Source of the DNA: Okamejei kenojei
Lineage: Eukaryota
Direction of reading: 5' to 3'
DNA: 64,000 nucleotides
NCBI GenBank assembly: GCA_035221665.1
Contig: JAVHYY010000912.1
Coordinates: 1 to 64,000 of the forward strand
The notes below the pieces were generated by a model. That model had not been told where the DNA came from, did no database searches, and saw only the letters and a list, made by a program, of their open reading frames with translations. Below are positions 63,074 through 64,000 of the stretch, one piece after another (within the stretch, counting starts at the first letter, position 1; the number at the start of each line of letters is the position of its first letter). The position numbers and the translations under genes were made by a program.

Positions 63074-64000
63074 TAAAATAGTAAGATTAAATGAGAACTT
63101 ACCAGTTTGAAATTTGATCTTTATTTTATGAGGAGTTACGATGAGGGATTACGTGAAGATCCCGCCAGCACGCATGCGCGTCATTCTTCAAAGCAGCGGT
63201 GTGAAATCACAGATACCAGAGTTGACTAACATTGTAAGATAAGAGAGAACTCATATATACCAGTTGACCTTTATAATAGAGGGTTTGGGAGCGGAGGGCA
63301 CGAAATCCCTCATCGTAACTCCTCATAAAATAAAGATCCAATTTCAAACTGGTAAGTTCTCATTTAATCTTACTATTTTACTTCGGAGTCACGTGAGTGA
63401 CTACATGAAGATTTCAAAGCTCTGTGATTTCATGCCGTGGACGAGTCCATGCATCACACACTGCAACAGTGAAGAGCTAATTTTAATAATGCATTCAGAC
63501 ATGACATAGGAATAGACATGTTGATGCTATAATGTACATTTAGTGATAATAGTACCTCCTGCACCCGGGAAAAACTATAACTCAGACTTAAACAGTCGGC
63601 AAATACCCCTGGTCTGGCAAGGTTATTTCTACATGTTTGGAATCGTTTGTAGACCATCCTGCACCTGCTAGGATGTGGTCCCGTGAACGTCCATCCCCTG
63701 CTGCTGATATAGTTGTAGCCTGGGTGGAGTGAGACTTGCATGTCAATGTTCACTCCTGCCCCTAGAACCCATATAAATCACCGGCCGATGGTCTGTAGTG
63801 ATTCTCTAGTGAGGCTCCATGTGACTATCAATCATTGCTAGTTCAGTCCCTAAGGCTCTAGAGATCTTAGCATGCTGGTGTAGATGTGTGCCACATACAA
63901 CCGATGGTCCATGGGAAATGCCAGCAAGACTAGTTTGAGACATAATATCCCTGGCGATATCTGCTGATTATTGATAACATAAATGTAATTCCATGCAGAA
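63074..64000 (-). mobile_element. Third DIRS1-like element, right end (continues beyond window)
   Basis: Reverse complement of right ITR from 63074, ICR ~63300-63410, degenerate YR C-terminus (KSHSTQ...AGWS). Confidence 0.88.

Larger units (their letters stand above)
37370..63080 (+). repeat. Segmental duplication: copy 1 ~37370-52900, copy 2 ~53270-63080
   Basis: Collinear homology, e.g. 37385/53305, V12/V14, V13/V15, 45030/60695, 51750/60830, 52100/62880; each copy has private TE insertions. Confidence 0.88.

Overview
Eukaryotic (vertebrate) DNA: part of a T-cell receptor alpha/delta variable-gene array. The repeat content suggests a cartilaginous fish, most plausibly a skate/ray (inference, not verified). 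I find 15 V segments (leader exon + intron + V exon + 23-RSS) in four sequence families (A-D) and both orientations. Five look intact (+9276, +12973, +14464, -39573, -55988); ten are pseudogenes or damaged. The array is heavily invaded by mobile DNA. A DIRS1-type tyrosine-recombinase retrotransposon with open RT/RNaseH/methyltransferase and recombinase ORFs is nested inside an older DIRS inside a V intron, and a third DIRS runs off the window end. There is also a deleted class I endogenous retrovirus (two LTRs, 4-bp TSD, PBS-Pro, ERV3/HERV-I-like env), CR1 and Rex1-like LINEs, and short repeats with a hammerhead-ribozyme-like core. The right half is a segmental duplication of a head-to-head V pair. 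Most notable: two V pseudogenes broken at the RSS border (possible germline RAG scars), CTCF motifs next to an RSS and a V promoter, a family-wide CACGGAG heptamer, and a shared ATT/TATT integration core in all three DIRS insertions. All analysis is by eye; TE boundaries are approximate unless stated.
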